From positions 9,920,001-9,984,000 of the forward strand of contig OX597831.1 of NCBI GenBank assembly GCA_951406725.2: a DNA stretch of 64,000 bases, written 5' to 3'. Both the position numbers and the translations under genes were made by a program. Under the pieces are notes generated by a model. It made no database searches. It saw only the letters and a program-made list of their open reading frames with translations, and was not told the origin of the DNA. The DNA comes from Octopus vulgaris (Eukaryota). Numbering within the stretch: the stretch's first letter is position 1; every line of letters begins with the position of its first letter. Shown here in pieces: positions 24,967 through 39,651 of the stretch.

Positions 24967-25148
24967 GATATACACCGTATCAGAGTTTTGGGAGTAAATT
25001 CACGACCCAAGATGGTGTCGTTTGAAATACAGAAAATAGTAATGAAACGGGTAGGAGACATTAATATAGCAGTCACTATCGGGGTGCGACCGGAACCTCG
25101 TAGACTGTAAGATGTTGAGGGCCGAAAAACTTCAGGAAATGGTGGTAT
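24967..25148 (-). CDS. Candidate internal exon 3 of the putative minus-strand gene (IPPFPEVF...RTPIVTAILMSP...KTLIRCI)
   Basis: Acceptor aattttgcag and donor TC|gtaagc. 182 nt; only the phase 0 to 2 frame is open, matching the neighbouring candidate exons. Confidence 0.5.
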
Positions 25149-25227
25149 CTGCAAAATTTCCTGTTTATCGCACGCTATCAAGTTTCTTAAATCCCCGATC
25201 TCTCTCTCTACATTTGTACACAAACAT

Positions 25228-25266
<39 letters not shown>

Positions 25267-25614
25267 CCCACATAATTATATCTTAATTTCTTCTTTATTT
25301 CTTTATTTGTTTATCATTTACCAGCTATTGTGGCATTTAAAAAAAAATTGCATTGTAATTTGAATGCCATTTGCTTTCAATGTCTGGTAAACAATTACTT
25401 TTGTATCACATATAGCTTGAATTAAATTATATTAAAATAAGTCTATCGTTGAAAAAAAATCTACGTTTACAATTAAATTGTCAAATATCTAATTATATAT
25501 ACATATATATATACACATACACGACTATGCATATTATACGTATACTTATATGAATTCATTTGTAATCCGTCCCTCTATGTATATGTATATCATTTCAGTC
25601 TATTCATTTATCTA

Positions 25615-25665
<51 letters not shown>

Positions 25666-25698
25666 ATCTTTCCGTCTCTCCGTCTATATATTATATGT

Positions 25699-25764
<66 letters not shown>

Positions 25765-26336
25765 TTATATTTATATTTATATATATACATACAAACATAC
25801 ATATATACACACCTCCACAAACACACACATGCACGAACACACGCACGCACACATTTACACACATGTATATTTGAGTAGATGTTGTCTTCAGTATTTGTAA
25901 TTGAGTTTTCCTTTCACCGGTCAATTTCCATTCTTGTTAAACTATGTAAACTGTACTGCCGTTTCTATAACCACTTGCCGTGTTTATATTCCTCTCTATC
26001 TTAAAAATGTTACTTTGTAGAATTTACTGTTTTACTTCTCGTTGGTATTTTAAAACATTTTCCCAAGATTCTTTATCTTTCAAATACTTTCAATTCAATT
26101 ACTTAGCTTTCCTTTCCCCGGTCAATTTAGATTCTATTTTTTCCGTCAAGTTTATTTTCGACTTAGTAACATTTAACAGCTCCAATTCTACGGGCTAGAG
26201 ATTAAAGTAAAGAAGCTAAACAATTTCAAATCTGCTGGGCTTAGAAATATAAAGCAGTTGTTTTCTGGAAATTTACTCATCTGATTCTGTCCTATTACTA
26301 TTTCATTGAATTTCAATAAAGAAGACGTTTTGCGGT

Positions 26337-26550
26337 AAGAAGTTCCCTTTTCAACTACATATTTCCTGATATGATTCCACCGCGTGGCGCTGGGTATCGT
26401 TTATTAGAGCACCATTGCGCCAGGCTGACCCATTTCTTGAGAGTGAAATTGCTAGGTGGAGAGCGAAAGCATGCTGTAAATATCTATGTGTGTGCGTGTG
26501 TATGTGTGAGTGTGTGTGTGTGAGTGTGTGTGTGTTTGTGTGTGTGTAAG
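26337..26550 (+). mobile_element. Old partial family C SINE
   Basis: GCGGTAAGAAGTT...GATTCCACCGCGTGGC...GAGTGAAATTG followed by (TG)n, colinear with the 5' half of 22309-22711. Confidence 0.5.
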
Positions 26551-27654
26551 CCAGTAAAAAGAAGACAAAGCAAAATTATTTAACAATTTAATAGTAAGTT
26601 ACAAATGTTTCCGTACAATCCCCATTTGCAACGCCAGTTTCCGCGGAAATTCTTAAAGAAAAATCATGTAATAGTTGCGGTGTTAGGCATTGGAGAGACA
26701 CTTCCTCATACTTGCATCAGAGGCGTGCTATTGCCTCCATATAGATTTATATCTATAGCTGTAACTATATATACATGTATAACCAGCGTGCGATGAGTAA
26801 CTTGTCATTTTATATTATTAAATTCGCGCGTGCGCATGGATTGTTTTTGATTTTGTTGCATATACAGTAAAGTAGGTTTAGTTGTGCACCGTCTGTGAGA
26901 AAAGCAGCACCATGACGCAATTGATACTGCCAAAACTGGTTTCGTCTTTCTATATATTCTAACGTTAAAACAAATTATAACGGTTATTAATTTATAGTGA
27001 AAAGATTAAGAACTATTTGCCCCACTGTTCGCTTCTTCCTCTTTTTGTGCAACAGCAAATAATCTCTCTTACCACATATGATATTGTATGACTCAGTAAG
27101 AACTATTTACTGACGTACAAGGAAACAGGAAAACATAATTCTAACAAAGAGACAAAGAAGGAGAGAAATATACAATTGAATGCATTTGTAGAATGCATTA
27201 TAGATCTATGTTCTTCCACCACGTCCATTTATATTTCTAAAAGCAGTGCGTCATATGCTGTCTTCGCGTTTCTATTTACAGGAGTCAAAGCAGAATTTTA
27301 ACTCTACGTTCATTAGGAGAAACATATATTCAGTCTATGTTCATTAGTTAAAACATAAATTAATTTTATGTTCATTAGTTAAAACATAAACTATGCACCG
27401 TTCAAAATGTTTTTGGCTTTGTATCTCAAACGACAATTGAATTTTATTTGCATGCATGGATGCCAATGTCATTGTCATATGGGAAAGATATGCCGGGATA
27501 CGGAAACAAAGAGGCATAGCAAAACAGCCCCAAACATGCGGATCTGAGAAGGAAACGAAGAGGAATTTGTAATCCTGAGAGACAATTCGTCTCGAGTAAA
27601 ATGGTGGCAGAAGAAAATAGAACCGCAAAATCAAATAACAAGAATAAAAAGAAG

Positions 27655-27940
27655 ACAATTGCAGCGTGGAAGGTGTTTATAAGCCATTTAAGAAACACAC
27701 AAAACTGTTAGATTCACTTCAACATTTAAATTTAAATGCAGCACGAAGTTCTTGTCAGTGAACAGGTCGCGGTCTCAAAGCGATGAAAATATTTTGACAA
27801 ATTAAATTTAAATGTTGAAGTGAATCTAACGGTTTTGTGTGTTTCTTAAATGGCTTATAAACACTTTCCACGCTGAAATTGTTTTCGTTCCAATATATGA
27901 TCTCAGATCATTCACTCGCTATGCGAGTACATCTCCGTAA
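27655..27940. mobile_element. Inverted-repeat element (family G), about 80-bp arms around a hammerhead-like motif
   Basis: Arms 27655-27735 and 27802-27882 are near-perfect reverse complements. Homologous to 12874-13106. Confidence 0.88.
27752..27800 (+). ncRNA. Type I hammerhead-like motif with G3:C8 core
   Basis: TTGTCA GTGAACA G GTCGC ggtctcaaa GCGAT GAA AATATT T TGACAA. Perfect 6-bp stem I, 5-bp stem II, palindromic stem III. Confidence 0.72.
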
Positions 27941-28875
27941 GAAAAAAAGAGAATATATAAGAAATGATAAGTTTAATCCGTCAATATCATAATGCAATGG
28001 AGTAGGAAATATAGTTAGATTATATTATTGATGATACTGGTTAAGTATATGAACACAAGATGGCTAAATGTGGTGATGAAAATCATGAAGTGAATAACAA
28101 TATGGATGTAAATAATGATGATTTAGATGATAAATATATGATGATAACAATGGAAGTTATGATACCGAGGTGGGAGTGAGTGATAATAGGGTATAGGGGA
28201 ATTTGTGGAATGGGGGTAGGATGTAATATGAAATGCTTGAAATAAGAAGTTTTATTTGAAAGTGATATTAATCCCAGAACAAAAACGTTCTTTCACGTCA
28301 AGGGAAAATATTTACCTCGAAGTATAATTGGTGAAACTACTAAATATTTAAGTTTATTCTTCAGTGGTTGACCGATTCTATTAAGATTGTGATCTTTTTC
28401 CAAACTAGAAAAGAAGATTATTATTTTTTCTTTTTCTAAAATAATTCGTTTTGAAAATATCTATTTTTACGTAAAGTTTTATCAGATTATAATTGTGAGA
28501 AGAGTAAATCATACATATAAAAGATATTTTTGTCAACATTAAATCATTCATACCACACTTTTCGATTTTTGTTTTTTCTTTGTTATTTTCAACAGCTTTT
28601 TGTGATAAAAATAACGGAAACTAAGAGAAAGGAAACTGCATACACTAAAGTGGTAAATCATAACTCTCTCGTTTCTGAGTTCAAATCCCTATAGAATCAC
28701 TTTACAATTTTTCTTTATTCGTTTCATGTTCCGTGTATTAGTAGGCAATATAAGTAGGGTAAGACTGAATGGTTGAAAAAAGTTCGCTCTGCATTCACGT
28801 TATCCAGGGTTCGATTGTCATTTTCTACAGCCACACATCAACCCATGACATCTGAGTAAATCTCTGTAGACAGAA

Positions 28876-29271
28876 GGCGGCGAGCTGGCAGAACTGTTAG
28901 CACGCCGGGCGAAATGCGTAGCCGTATTTCGTTTGTCGTTACGTTCTGAGTTCAAATTCCGCTGAGGTCGACTTTGCCTTTCATCCTTTCGGGGTCGATA
29001 AATTAAGTACCAATTACGCACTGGAGTCGATGTTATCGACTTAATCCGTTTGTCTGTCCTTGTTTGTCCCCTCTGTGTTTGGCCCCTTGTGGGTAGTAAA
29101 GAAATAAGTATTTCGTCTTTCACTACGTTCTGAATTCAAATTCCGCCGAGATCGACTTTGCTTTCATCCTTACGGACTTGATAAAATAAGTACCAGTTGC
29201 GTACTGAGGTCAATCTAGTCGACTGCCCCCCATCCCCAAAGATATCGGGCCTTGTGCCTAGAGTAGAAATG
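28876..29271 (+). mobile_element. Family M SINE dimer (tail A monomer plus headless tail B monomer)
   Basis: Two cores in tandem. A 17-bp TSD with 2 mismatches (AATCTCTGTAGACAGAA 28859-28875 / AATCTATGTAAACAGAA 29272-29288) encloses both. Confidence 0.9.
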
Positions 29272-29677
29272 AATCTATGTAAACAGAAACTAAGTGGCAG
29301 ACCCATTAGATGGATTGCCCCTGTAATTAAGAATACCAGTATTGTCACAGTTTGTCTTGTTAACGTCGACCCGCAAATACATTCCTATGCCAAAAACAAT
29401 CACGGCCTGATAATTATTTATGAATTAATCAAAAGTAAACATATTGAGGGATACCTTTTTCTCAGATGCAGTCGATCGATGTGCTGAAAATATCAGAAAT
29501 ATTTCCTTCAAACCGCGTCTAATGGCTAAGGAGTGTAATACGACAGACATATAGGAAAATGCAGTCATTGGCACAAGAAAGACGGGATAGTCACCACTGG
29601 AATGGCTTCCATTATAGGTCTGCTTTTAACTGAAATTAAGCTGTAAAATCTTCAACAATCGACAACAGCAACAACAT

Positions 29678-29952
29678 TGAGCGAAAACACGTAAAGCTCC
29701 ACGAAGCTCCGGCAGGGGGTGGTGGCGACCCCTGTTGTACTCTTTCGCTACAATTTTCTGTCACTCTTACTTCCTGTTTCTTGTCCCCGACTTCCTACGC
29801 AACCGCTGAGCCTGGATACGCATTCATCCATCAGTCGATGCTCTCGGTGTCGGGGGTTGACCTGCTTTCTCTTCTGCGGGTCTTACGAATAGCAAAGGAC
29901 CACGTTTCAGACTTCTCTCATCTTGCGAGCTCTGGGACGAAGACCGTTCGCT

Positions 29953-29962
<10 letters not shown>
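29678..29962 (+). mobile_element. 5'-truncated SINE sharing its central domain with 12168-12478 but with a different tail
   Basis: GAGCGAAAACACGTAAAGCTCCACGAAGCTCCGGCAG...ACTCTTTCGCTACAA matches the 12.3-kb SINE. Flanked by (AAC/AGC) repeats. Confidence 0.75.
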
Positions 29963-29983
<21 letters not shown>

Positions 29984-31306
29984 GACACTTAGTATTTGCC
30001 ATTACTGTTGGTGTTGTTTAGTGCAACATTGAAGGGTTCGAATATAATTTTCTTATATAGCACACCGTTGGTATGCTTGTTAATATCTAAGCGATAGAGC
30101 CATAGATATTAAGTAACTCTAGCGAGAGTATATTGCTTTACACAACTTTACACTGGCATCCAATGACTTTAAGTATCACAAGAAGTGATACCAATCATGT
30201 GCATATATTAGTTCCATGCTACATCGCTATGTTCCCTGTCAAATATGCTGTCATTTGTTATATATCAAGAAAAACCTCAAGTTTTATATCTGCCTCACAT
30301 TTTCAAGTATATCCTATAAAGAAAACGACGTGCCAATGCAAAGCTGAAGAAAAATCGCGATTTATTTGATATCGTTTTTAAAGAAAGGATTCTCATATCA
30401 CAAAAAGACCTTCAGGGTGTAAAAAAAAAACAGAGGACCAGCTACATTTTCTTTTTTTTTATTCTATATAAAAATAAACTTTTTGAATCAAATTCACCGC
30501 AGTTCCCGTAGAGGAATATTTTCCCTTGTGAAAAATGGTATAAATACAACATATCGACCCAGTGCTTCTAGTAAAGTTTCAGACCCGTGTTTCTGGCTAA
30601 TATTAGCCTTTGTCAATGCGAACTGCCGGAAAGTGATAATTCTGACTAGATTCAAAGACGTAGGTTCCCTTTAGCTATGTTTTAACGAATTTTACCATAA
30701 GAGAGACATTTTTCTTGATAACCGAACTACTTCACAAACACATTGTAATTAACCTAAAGTTCGTTTATACTTAATGAATGCTTGGTGCTGATATTTCTAT
30801 TTTTTATTCCAACAAGGTGCAACTCGCTGATATTAACTATATTTTAGTTAAAGATGCGGCTTTGAATCTGCCCGGCGTTATCTCTCTTCCTGTTGAGGCA
30901 AGCGAAAGACCGAGAAACGCAGGTCTGCGATTCCGCTAGACGGAAGCACTGGGCAGATAAGTTAATTTAACATATTTTTACCTCATTATAGGCATGTTTT
31001 CTCCCTAAACGTAACTGCTGTTAATTTGCTTTAGAAGTTTCAATATTTCACAAAAATAATTTTAACTAAAGTTGTTTTTTTCCCTAATCTCAGCATGGCG
31101 CTTATGCAGCCATCATTTATGACAGTTTATTTATAAGTAAGATCTCCTTAGACAATATACACATGTTTCAAATTTCACATGCTGCTCTAATACTGTCCAT
31201 AGTAGAATGTTATTCAAGTACACAAAGTTAACGAGTCTGTTTTCTGTAGAGTCTTTATATATATACACTCTTATACACAGACTTTCACATACATACACAC
31301 ACACAC

Positions 31307-31349
<43 letters not shown>

Positions 31350-32121
31350 TTAATCAGACTGGTATATTTTGTCTAAAAAGAAACAACAAAACCACTTTGA
31401 AAGGAAGAATTAACATTTATAAGCTGATTTCTTTCAGTAGAAATCGATGAAAGTGTTAACTTCATCTGTTTTTCTCTGCTGGAAATTGAGGAGTGAAAGA
31501 AATCCTAATTAAGTTTTACTTTCCAAGTCGATGTTAATGCGAACATCTCTGTAGAGTGTTTTTCAGTTATTGCATACTTTATTCGCTATCCTAATATTGT
31601 ATTCTGTGAAAAACAATTACATGTACACAATAGGAAATAAACAAACATAGCGGCCTCGTCTGTTACTAGATATTTTAACTCGTGTCAAAATATAGTTTTC
31701 GGTAGAAACAACAGCAATTTCTGTATCAAAACGTTATACATATATATTAGGTATGTGCAAATGCTGTCATCGTGGTTTCTTGCCCGTCAACATGTTATTG
31801 TCTCTTAATTTGAATAATGCAACCCTCAAATCTCTTAAGAGCTGTCATATAAGCGCATGTCCTATTTAATTATGTTCAGTTGACTTTCCACTTCAAAGTA
31901 GCTTTCTACAGCATTGTGTTGGTTTAAAGTCAATGTTCTAAATAAATGGTTCTCCAAACTTTGCGTTCAACTTTCCATAGAGTGATAGGAAGTTTTCTTC
32001 CTAACTACATGGCTTCAATTTCAGTACCACTGCGTGGAAGCTTCATCTAATGGCGTCTGACCAAGGCCTTGTGAGTGGACTTAGTAGAAACTGAAATAAA
32101 CCTGTCGTATTTATATACTTT

Positions 32122-32169
<48 letters not shown>

Positions 32170-32281
32170 TATATATATATATATAAATATACATATATAT
32201 ATATACATTTATATGTATGTATGTATGTATGTATGTATATATATATATATATGAGAGTATATATACGTATATATATATATG

Positions 32282-33008
<727 letters not shown>

Positions 33009-36000
33009 GAGACTTTAATAGTTATGTTTCACCATTTTAAGTTAAGTAGGATACAGCATATTTAAAAGTCTTTCAGACGTCCATATTTAGCATCAGACAT
33101 TCAATAAAGATGTATCGTGTGATTTGAGGAACCGGTCTGTCGATTACGATTAGTTTTGTATTTGGCTCGGACATCTGCTGATAGAAGAGATCCATAAGGA
33201 TTCAGGACTTAAAGCACAGCATTAGAAAACGTGGACTGGTTTTGTAGCTAAAATACTAGCCAGTTCAAAGAAATTACCCTCTCTCTGAAAAGTAGGTTAG
33301 GAGATAATGAAATGTTTCACCGGATTATTCTGTAGCAGTGATAGAAATTTTATGAACGCTTCATTATTTCTGCCGTTCTCCATTATAGTCTTCCTATCAA
33401 TTTGAACTGTAATAGAACTTCCTTATTTTAGATGTTGTCTTCATTTCTGAGTAACATTTGACCATGTATGATTGAATGAAGAAATAACAGACGGAAGAAA
33501 CGAAAAGGTGAAATTTGTATAATGAAGACATATCGAGCTTTATCTCAGAGTAAAATTCAATGGAAACGACTATCATTTGTATTTGATTGCCAGTTGCTTA
33601 AGTTTTCTCTGATTGAGTAGGTATGTATTAGTAAGGTGTCGTTCAATGATTCAGTACTGACTTGACCGACTAACTAACTACCAGCTGTGTTTGACTGTTT
33701 TGCCAATCGAAGTAGATCTTCTTTATTAGTATTGGATTACTATTGCTCAAGTAGCGCATTTGCTCTTGTAACGTATGAATATATGTCAGGGAATGTCGAC
33801 GTGTGTCTGTCTCATTTTCAATGGTTTGTTTGTTTTCTTTAAACAGAATGCAGCATGGTGATTTTTTTTTGTATATTGTGAATTAATACCACTGCAAAAG
33901 ATTGTGTTCTGCTTTCTTATATCGGGAAATAAGTGTTTCTGTGAAGGTTTCTGACTGCGTGTCTCTCAGAGAAACCATGCTTATGTCCAGACATTTACAT
34001 ATCAGTATGTTTTAAAAGATAGCGAGACTGAGAAACAGCGAAGCGGGAAACATGAGGGGCGGTGGGGGAGGGGGAGGGAAGAGGATGGGCAAGAAGAGGG
34101 AGAGAATGCTTGCTTACGGGTTTCTATCTATGCATCAGTACGCTATTATCTATATGCATGCGGGTGTTTCTGGTCAATGTGCAATTAGGCATATGGAAAT
34201 TCCCAATACTGTTCGTCGTAGACGTATGTCTATTAATGTGTGAGCCAGAAAACATTATCTATGCAGCCTGCCGTACGTTCACATTTATGTATATACGCAT
34301 GTATATTTGCATGCTGACATATAAATATAAATATATACTGGTCTTGATAGATGTTTATGTATCACTGCACACGTGTGTTTGTGTGTGATAGTGCCAGATA
34401 ACCTATGGCCTTTCATGTGAGAAGAAAAAAGAAACAAGCGCAAAAATCGAAAATCTAAATAGAGAAAGATAAACATTATTTCCAATTAACTGAACTCCCT
34501 CATAACAAAAAGATGTGTAACGTGAGAAAGTAGGTCCATCTCTAATAAGGAGAAGCGTGTAGCGATAGAGAAAGGAACGAACATAAATTTAACGGTGTTC
34601 AAATAAAAGAAAAACGCTTAATATAAATAAACTAAAGAAGCAGCGAAAATAAAAACCGAAAATTAAAGTCTGACAAGGTAAAAGTGAACGAAGATGGAAA
34701 ATATATAATAAATCTTTCAATATTATTAGGGGAACCGAGTTTCATTTTGCTAGGTATAAAATATTAGGTTATATATGAAAATCGATAGAGTTCGAGCGTA
34801 TGTCGAACCATCAGATTTTAAACATATGGAACTGTGCCGGCAGCCATGGACGTGTCTCCACATACTCTTCCCACTCCTTTTCTCGAGTTACTCTGTATGC
34901 GGAATCACATTTGCTGTAGATATTTATTAAAGAAAAATAATTTATGAAAGCTTTTGCAAATAGTTTCACAAACGATTGGAAAAATAAATTCACATACAAT
35001 AAGGAAATATATGTATAATTCATCATGAAACTAAGAAACAAAATTAGGTTAAATTACCATTTTATATTTACGAAGAAAATGCTTATATCGGATATGTATA
35101 AAATATATGAAAAAATGTCGATTAGCTGAACGTTTCTCTGATGATCTGTTTGAGGCAATCTTAAAAACACTTCAATACTTTAATTAGTATATCGTACCAA
35201 ATCGCTTATCTTGCATATTTTTGATATGTTTACTGTTCGTAATAATAATTGTTGCATGTTTCACCTAGCAACAAAGTGGCGTTTATTGATCACGTATACG
35301 GCCAGTATATCTTTTGAAGTTGAGGAATTTATGTTGTTTAAAATCAGATCACTAAGTATATTTACTGTGATTTTATTTTCTTGATTCCAGAAGGAAGGAA
35401 GGAAACCGAAGGCGGCTCCAATGGAATTTCAATTGTAAACATAAAAGGATTAAATTCAATAAGTAAATAGAACAACGTCACCGATAAGCACGTTATTAAT
35501 TTGCAAGTGGCAGCAGACGCGTTATTGTTATTGGTATTGCGGGGCATAACGATATAGTTGGCTTCTTAGTAAATTATAAAGCGATGTCTAGCACAAACCA
35601 CACCATACCCGCATGGAAATTGAAATATATGTTAAATAACGTAGCACTACGCAAATTAGACTGGCAAATAAAGCAGGAATGCAGAATTGTGTTTGTTTGT
35701 CTTCTACATCTGGTAACTTGCAAAAATTTTAATTAAAATCTCTCGGAGTAACCATCTATGAGAAAGGACCATATCAGATTAAGGGCTTTGCGTAAATTAT
35801 GTACTACACCATCGAATTTGAGTTTCATGGACTGAGCGCATGCACCACGAATATTTACTCAAATCGTCATCAAAATTAATTATTTCTAATTACACAAAAC
35901 CTTAACATTTATTGGAATGAGGAACAAAGTGGGATGGCATTCCTCCATTCCCTACTAATATTGGTAAGATGAAGTGAATTTGAGTTAACGTGGAAGGAAA

Positions 36001-37199
36001 ACATAGTCTTTGACTTAGAAATGTCTTCTATATACTGCTCCGTAGCACTTGTCTAGCAAATTAAGAAATCCTTACGTATGCACAAAGGTGTTTCTCTCTT
36101 TAAGAACACTTAATAAATTGATTAAATCAAGGCAAATATATTAAAGAAAGAACGACGAAAGAACGTTAAACATGTCAGAATATTGACATTTGACCAAAAC
36201 GGATAAAACAAACCTCTGCTATTCATCCAACCCAGAACTCTGCATTCATAGCTATATCCACCATTTTCTGTAATTATTGCTATTCTCATCTAATATCATC
36301 TTATGATATTAAAGCCAGCATAAGTACTTCCAGCTGGAATAACAACATAATTTTCTTTTTGCGATATTCTCATTGAGACATCCATTATTAAAAGTATTCC
36401 TGGTCCTTTAGAATATCAAAATTTTCATAACCTGTAAATTCAAGGCTTTACAAATCCTAACGATATCTCCCGGCAATTTAAGTTTGCCAAATCATCATTT
36501 CAATCACAACACTTTCTATTTCGTAACCGGCTTCCGAACCTCCACAGAACACGCATTAAGTATTAATTATACGCCTGTGGGTGGTGCCGCTGTTGCTACA
36601 TATAAAAATATCTTCGTTGGATACTGCGCCTGAAAATATTTACTATTCCTCAAGATAAATCCGCTGATTAATATATAAGTATCGCTTCCTAACAGCTGTA
36701 TTTAAACTACAACGGCGACGTCCTCCCTTCATTTGAATTTGCAGTTCCACATTCTGTGGTCATTCTTGCTTTCATTACTTCCATATCACCTGTCTTCAAA
36801 CCTTAATACCTTACGTTGAAGGGCTACATTGCTTTCGCGAATCTGGAAGTGAATGAAAATATGGAGGGCGTTGCTGCGATTCTTCTGGGTAAATAACAAA
36901 GAGGAATAGAAAATATAAACCGCAATATCCGACAAGTTTGTGTAAGTGTAAAATAAAACGTAACTTTGGCATTATTTGGAATTTTTAGTGACTTAGTAGT
37001 ATGAAAGGAGAATTTAAATGGTTTATCTTTGATAGATATCGATCGAAAGTCAAAATCTAGTCATATTCTATTCCGTCTCGTAGTTGAAGTTCCCAACGGA
37101 CCAATCAATTTTTCATCACATTGAAACACGAAAACAACGAATGATATACAATCGCGCTGTTGTCGGTTGTTACGCCGATAAATGACCCTTTCACAAATA

Positions 37200-37321
37200 C
37201 ACGCTCATACGTATACATGCATACTTATATACATACGTACACGCAAATATATACATATATACTTGTATGCATGTATATTCATACATACACTATCATAAAA
37301 ATATATATGCATATATATATA

Positions 37322-37355
<34 letters not shown>

Positions 37356-37560
37356 TATATATTGTGCATACGCTCATACGTATACATGCATACTTACATA
37401 TATACGTACACGGAAATATATACATACATACTTGTATGTATATATATTCATACACCCATGTATGCATGCATACTTACATACATACGTACACGCAAATATA
37501 TACATGCATACTTGTATGCATATATATTCATACATGCATGCATACATCCATATAAATATA
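37200..37560. repeat. Minisatellite-like repeat, three copies of a roughly 70-bp unit
   Basis: ATGCATACTTACATACATACGTACACGCAAATATATACAT...CTTGTATG..TATATTCATAC occurs three times with variants. Confidence 0.8.
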
Positions 37561-39447
37561 AATGCATATATATATATGAATATATATATATTGTGCATGT
37601 GTATGTATCGCATATATGAGTGATTGCATGTCATACACACATACACGTCAGCCATCTGAATAGCTTACATGGAAAACAAAATCTCCCACCATATTGGTTC
37701 TGCTGGAAGACACGAATGGCAGAGAATGGCAACAAAAAACCAGAAAATATATTAATATGTACTAAACTTGTTAACCACGCAGCCATCCCTGGCAGCCAGT
37801 ATTGCACAATTTACTCGCCGAGAGCTGATACGAATAAATACCATCCATAATACCAATTATGTTTTATTGACAATTTGGTACATGCATGTGAACATAAATA
37901 CGTACGTACATACGTATTAATACATGTATGTCTGTATGTATGTATGCGTGAATGTGTGTGTGTGTGTGTGTGTCTGTTTATGTATATTTGTATTAGTCAT
38001 TGAACAGAATAAAACACAATCGTAGTGGTAAATAAAATTAGAACAAGGAAAATGTTTAAAGTCAACTTCTCATTTCCAAAAAGAAACAAAACGTGGTTTA
38101 TGAAGTAGAATGAAGAAAAGATAAATTAATACAAAATGTTGCGATATATAAACAGTATTTAAAGAAATAGAATAAAGATTGAAGGGAAAATAAAATAGAA
38201 GTGGATGTCTACAGAGTCTGAACAATGGTTTTTGAATACTGAAAATAGACTTCAGTTTCATGTTGTTTTTCAGTGCGTTTTTTTTAATTATTTTTAATGG
38301 AAATGAATCAACGACAAATGAACTGTGCAGAAGAACAACAGGAAAATGAAATGACAGCGTCGTGTAAGTCAAAGTAATTAGTTTCCGAAATTTGGAGTAA
38401 AAAGAGAAAAAGACAAAAGAAAAAAAAAGTAGAACATGATAATATAACAGACTGAATGGATAGTGCAGTCAAGGATAGAATTTCAAATAAAAGTAAAGCC
38501 GTCATGTTTATTTATATTTACTTTTACAAGTATAATTTGATAGTGTTGGGGTTACAAAGTTTGAAATATGAACTCAAATTTTGAAAGATGCCATCCTTGA
38601 TGCCGGACATAATTTAAGCTATCCCGAGCTGGAAAAAGGTAGTTTGGACAATTAAAAATATAGGGAATATCAGTGTTGAAAGTTGTTGCTCTTCACATTT
38701 TCATGGAATGAGAAAGTGTGATTTCTATTGGAAATGGATGCCACTAAAAAGAGACTGGAAAACTGATAAGATGTGTCATTTTGATAAAATGCTATTTCAT
38801 GTGCGTGAAAAATAGGTTATCGCAGTTTGCGAGTACCTATTCCAAATGAAATACAAATTCGTTTAGCAAACAAGCCCGATACATAAATTTCATTTTAAAG
38901 TTTAATTTCTAAATCGAATGGAGTTCATGCCATCCTGTCACTTCAAATCTAAATGCAACATCGAAATTTTGAAATTCTTCTTGGGTATCCACAAAATGTA
39001 ACCTACAAACATGGCGTGTCCTCAGATTTCATGATTCTTTCGAGATTTCAGGATTTCTGAAAAACCTTCGTATCGGTAATGGAACTATATTAAGCATGGA
39101 GAACAGTAGAGTGTAGTAGCTATTTTATGAATAAATATTCCCGGATCAAGTTGAAATTAAAACAGTACTGAATGTTCCAAGCAAATACACATCACCAATT
39201 CGGCGTGTTATGTAATCAATACGTCATATGTATGACCGCTGTACAAACGAATGTATCTTCTTGAGAAGCTCTCTGCAGGAAATGACCAAATGAAATTTTA
39301 AAGTGTGTTTCTGTCGCTATGAAGTTTTAGCAGAGATATTGGAATAGAGCTTGGAAATGACAACTGCATCATAATTCAAATGGACGAGAATATAAATGAA
39401 TGACCTTTCCATAAAGCAATGTAACAAGATTCCTCAACAGGGAAGAA

Positions 39448-39449
<2 letters not shown>

Positions 39450-39478
<29 letters not shown>

Positions 39479-39552
39479 CATACATACATACATACATACA
39501 TACATACATACATACATACATACATACATACATACATACATACATACATACA

Positions 39553-39651
<99 letters not shown>

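Noticed and set aside
26770-26940. Possible Tc1/mariner 5' end (CAGCGTGCGATGAGTAA...ATGACGCAA)
   Set aside because: No matching right TIR or transposase sequence in the window.
34811-34913. Minus-strand exon-like segment KCDSAYRVTREKEW
   Set aside because: Phase is incompatible with the flanking candidate exons and there is no other support.
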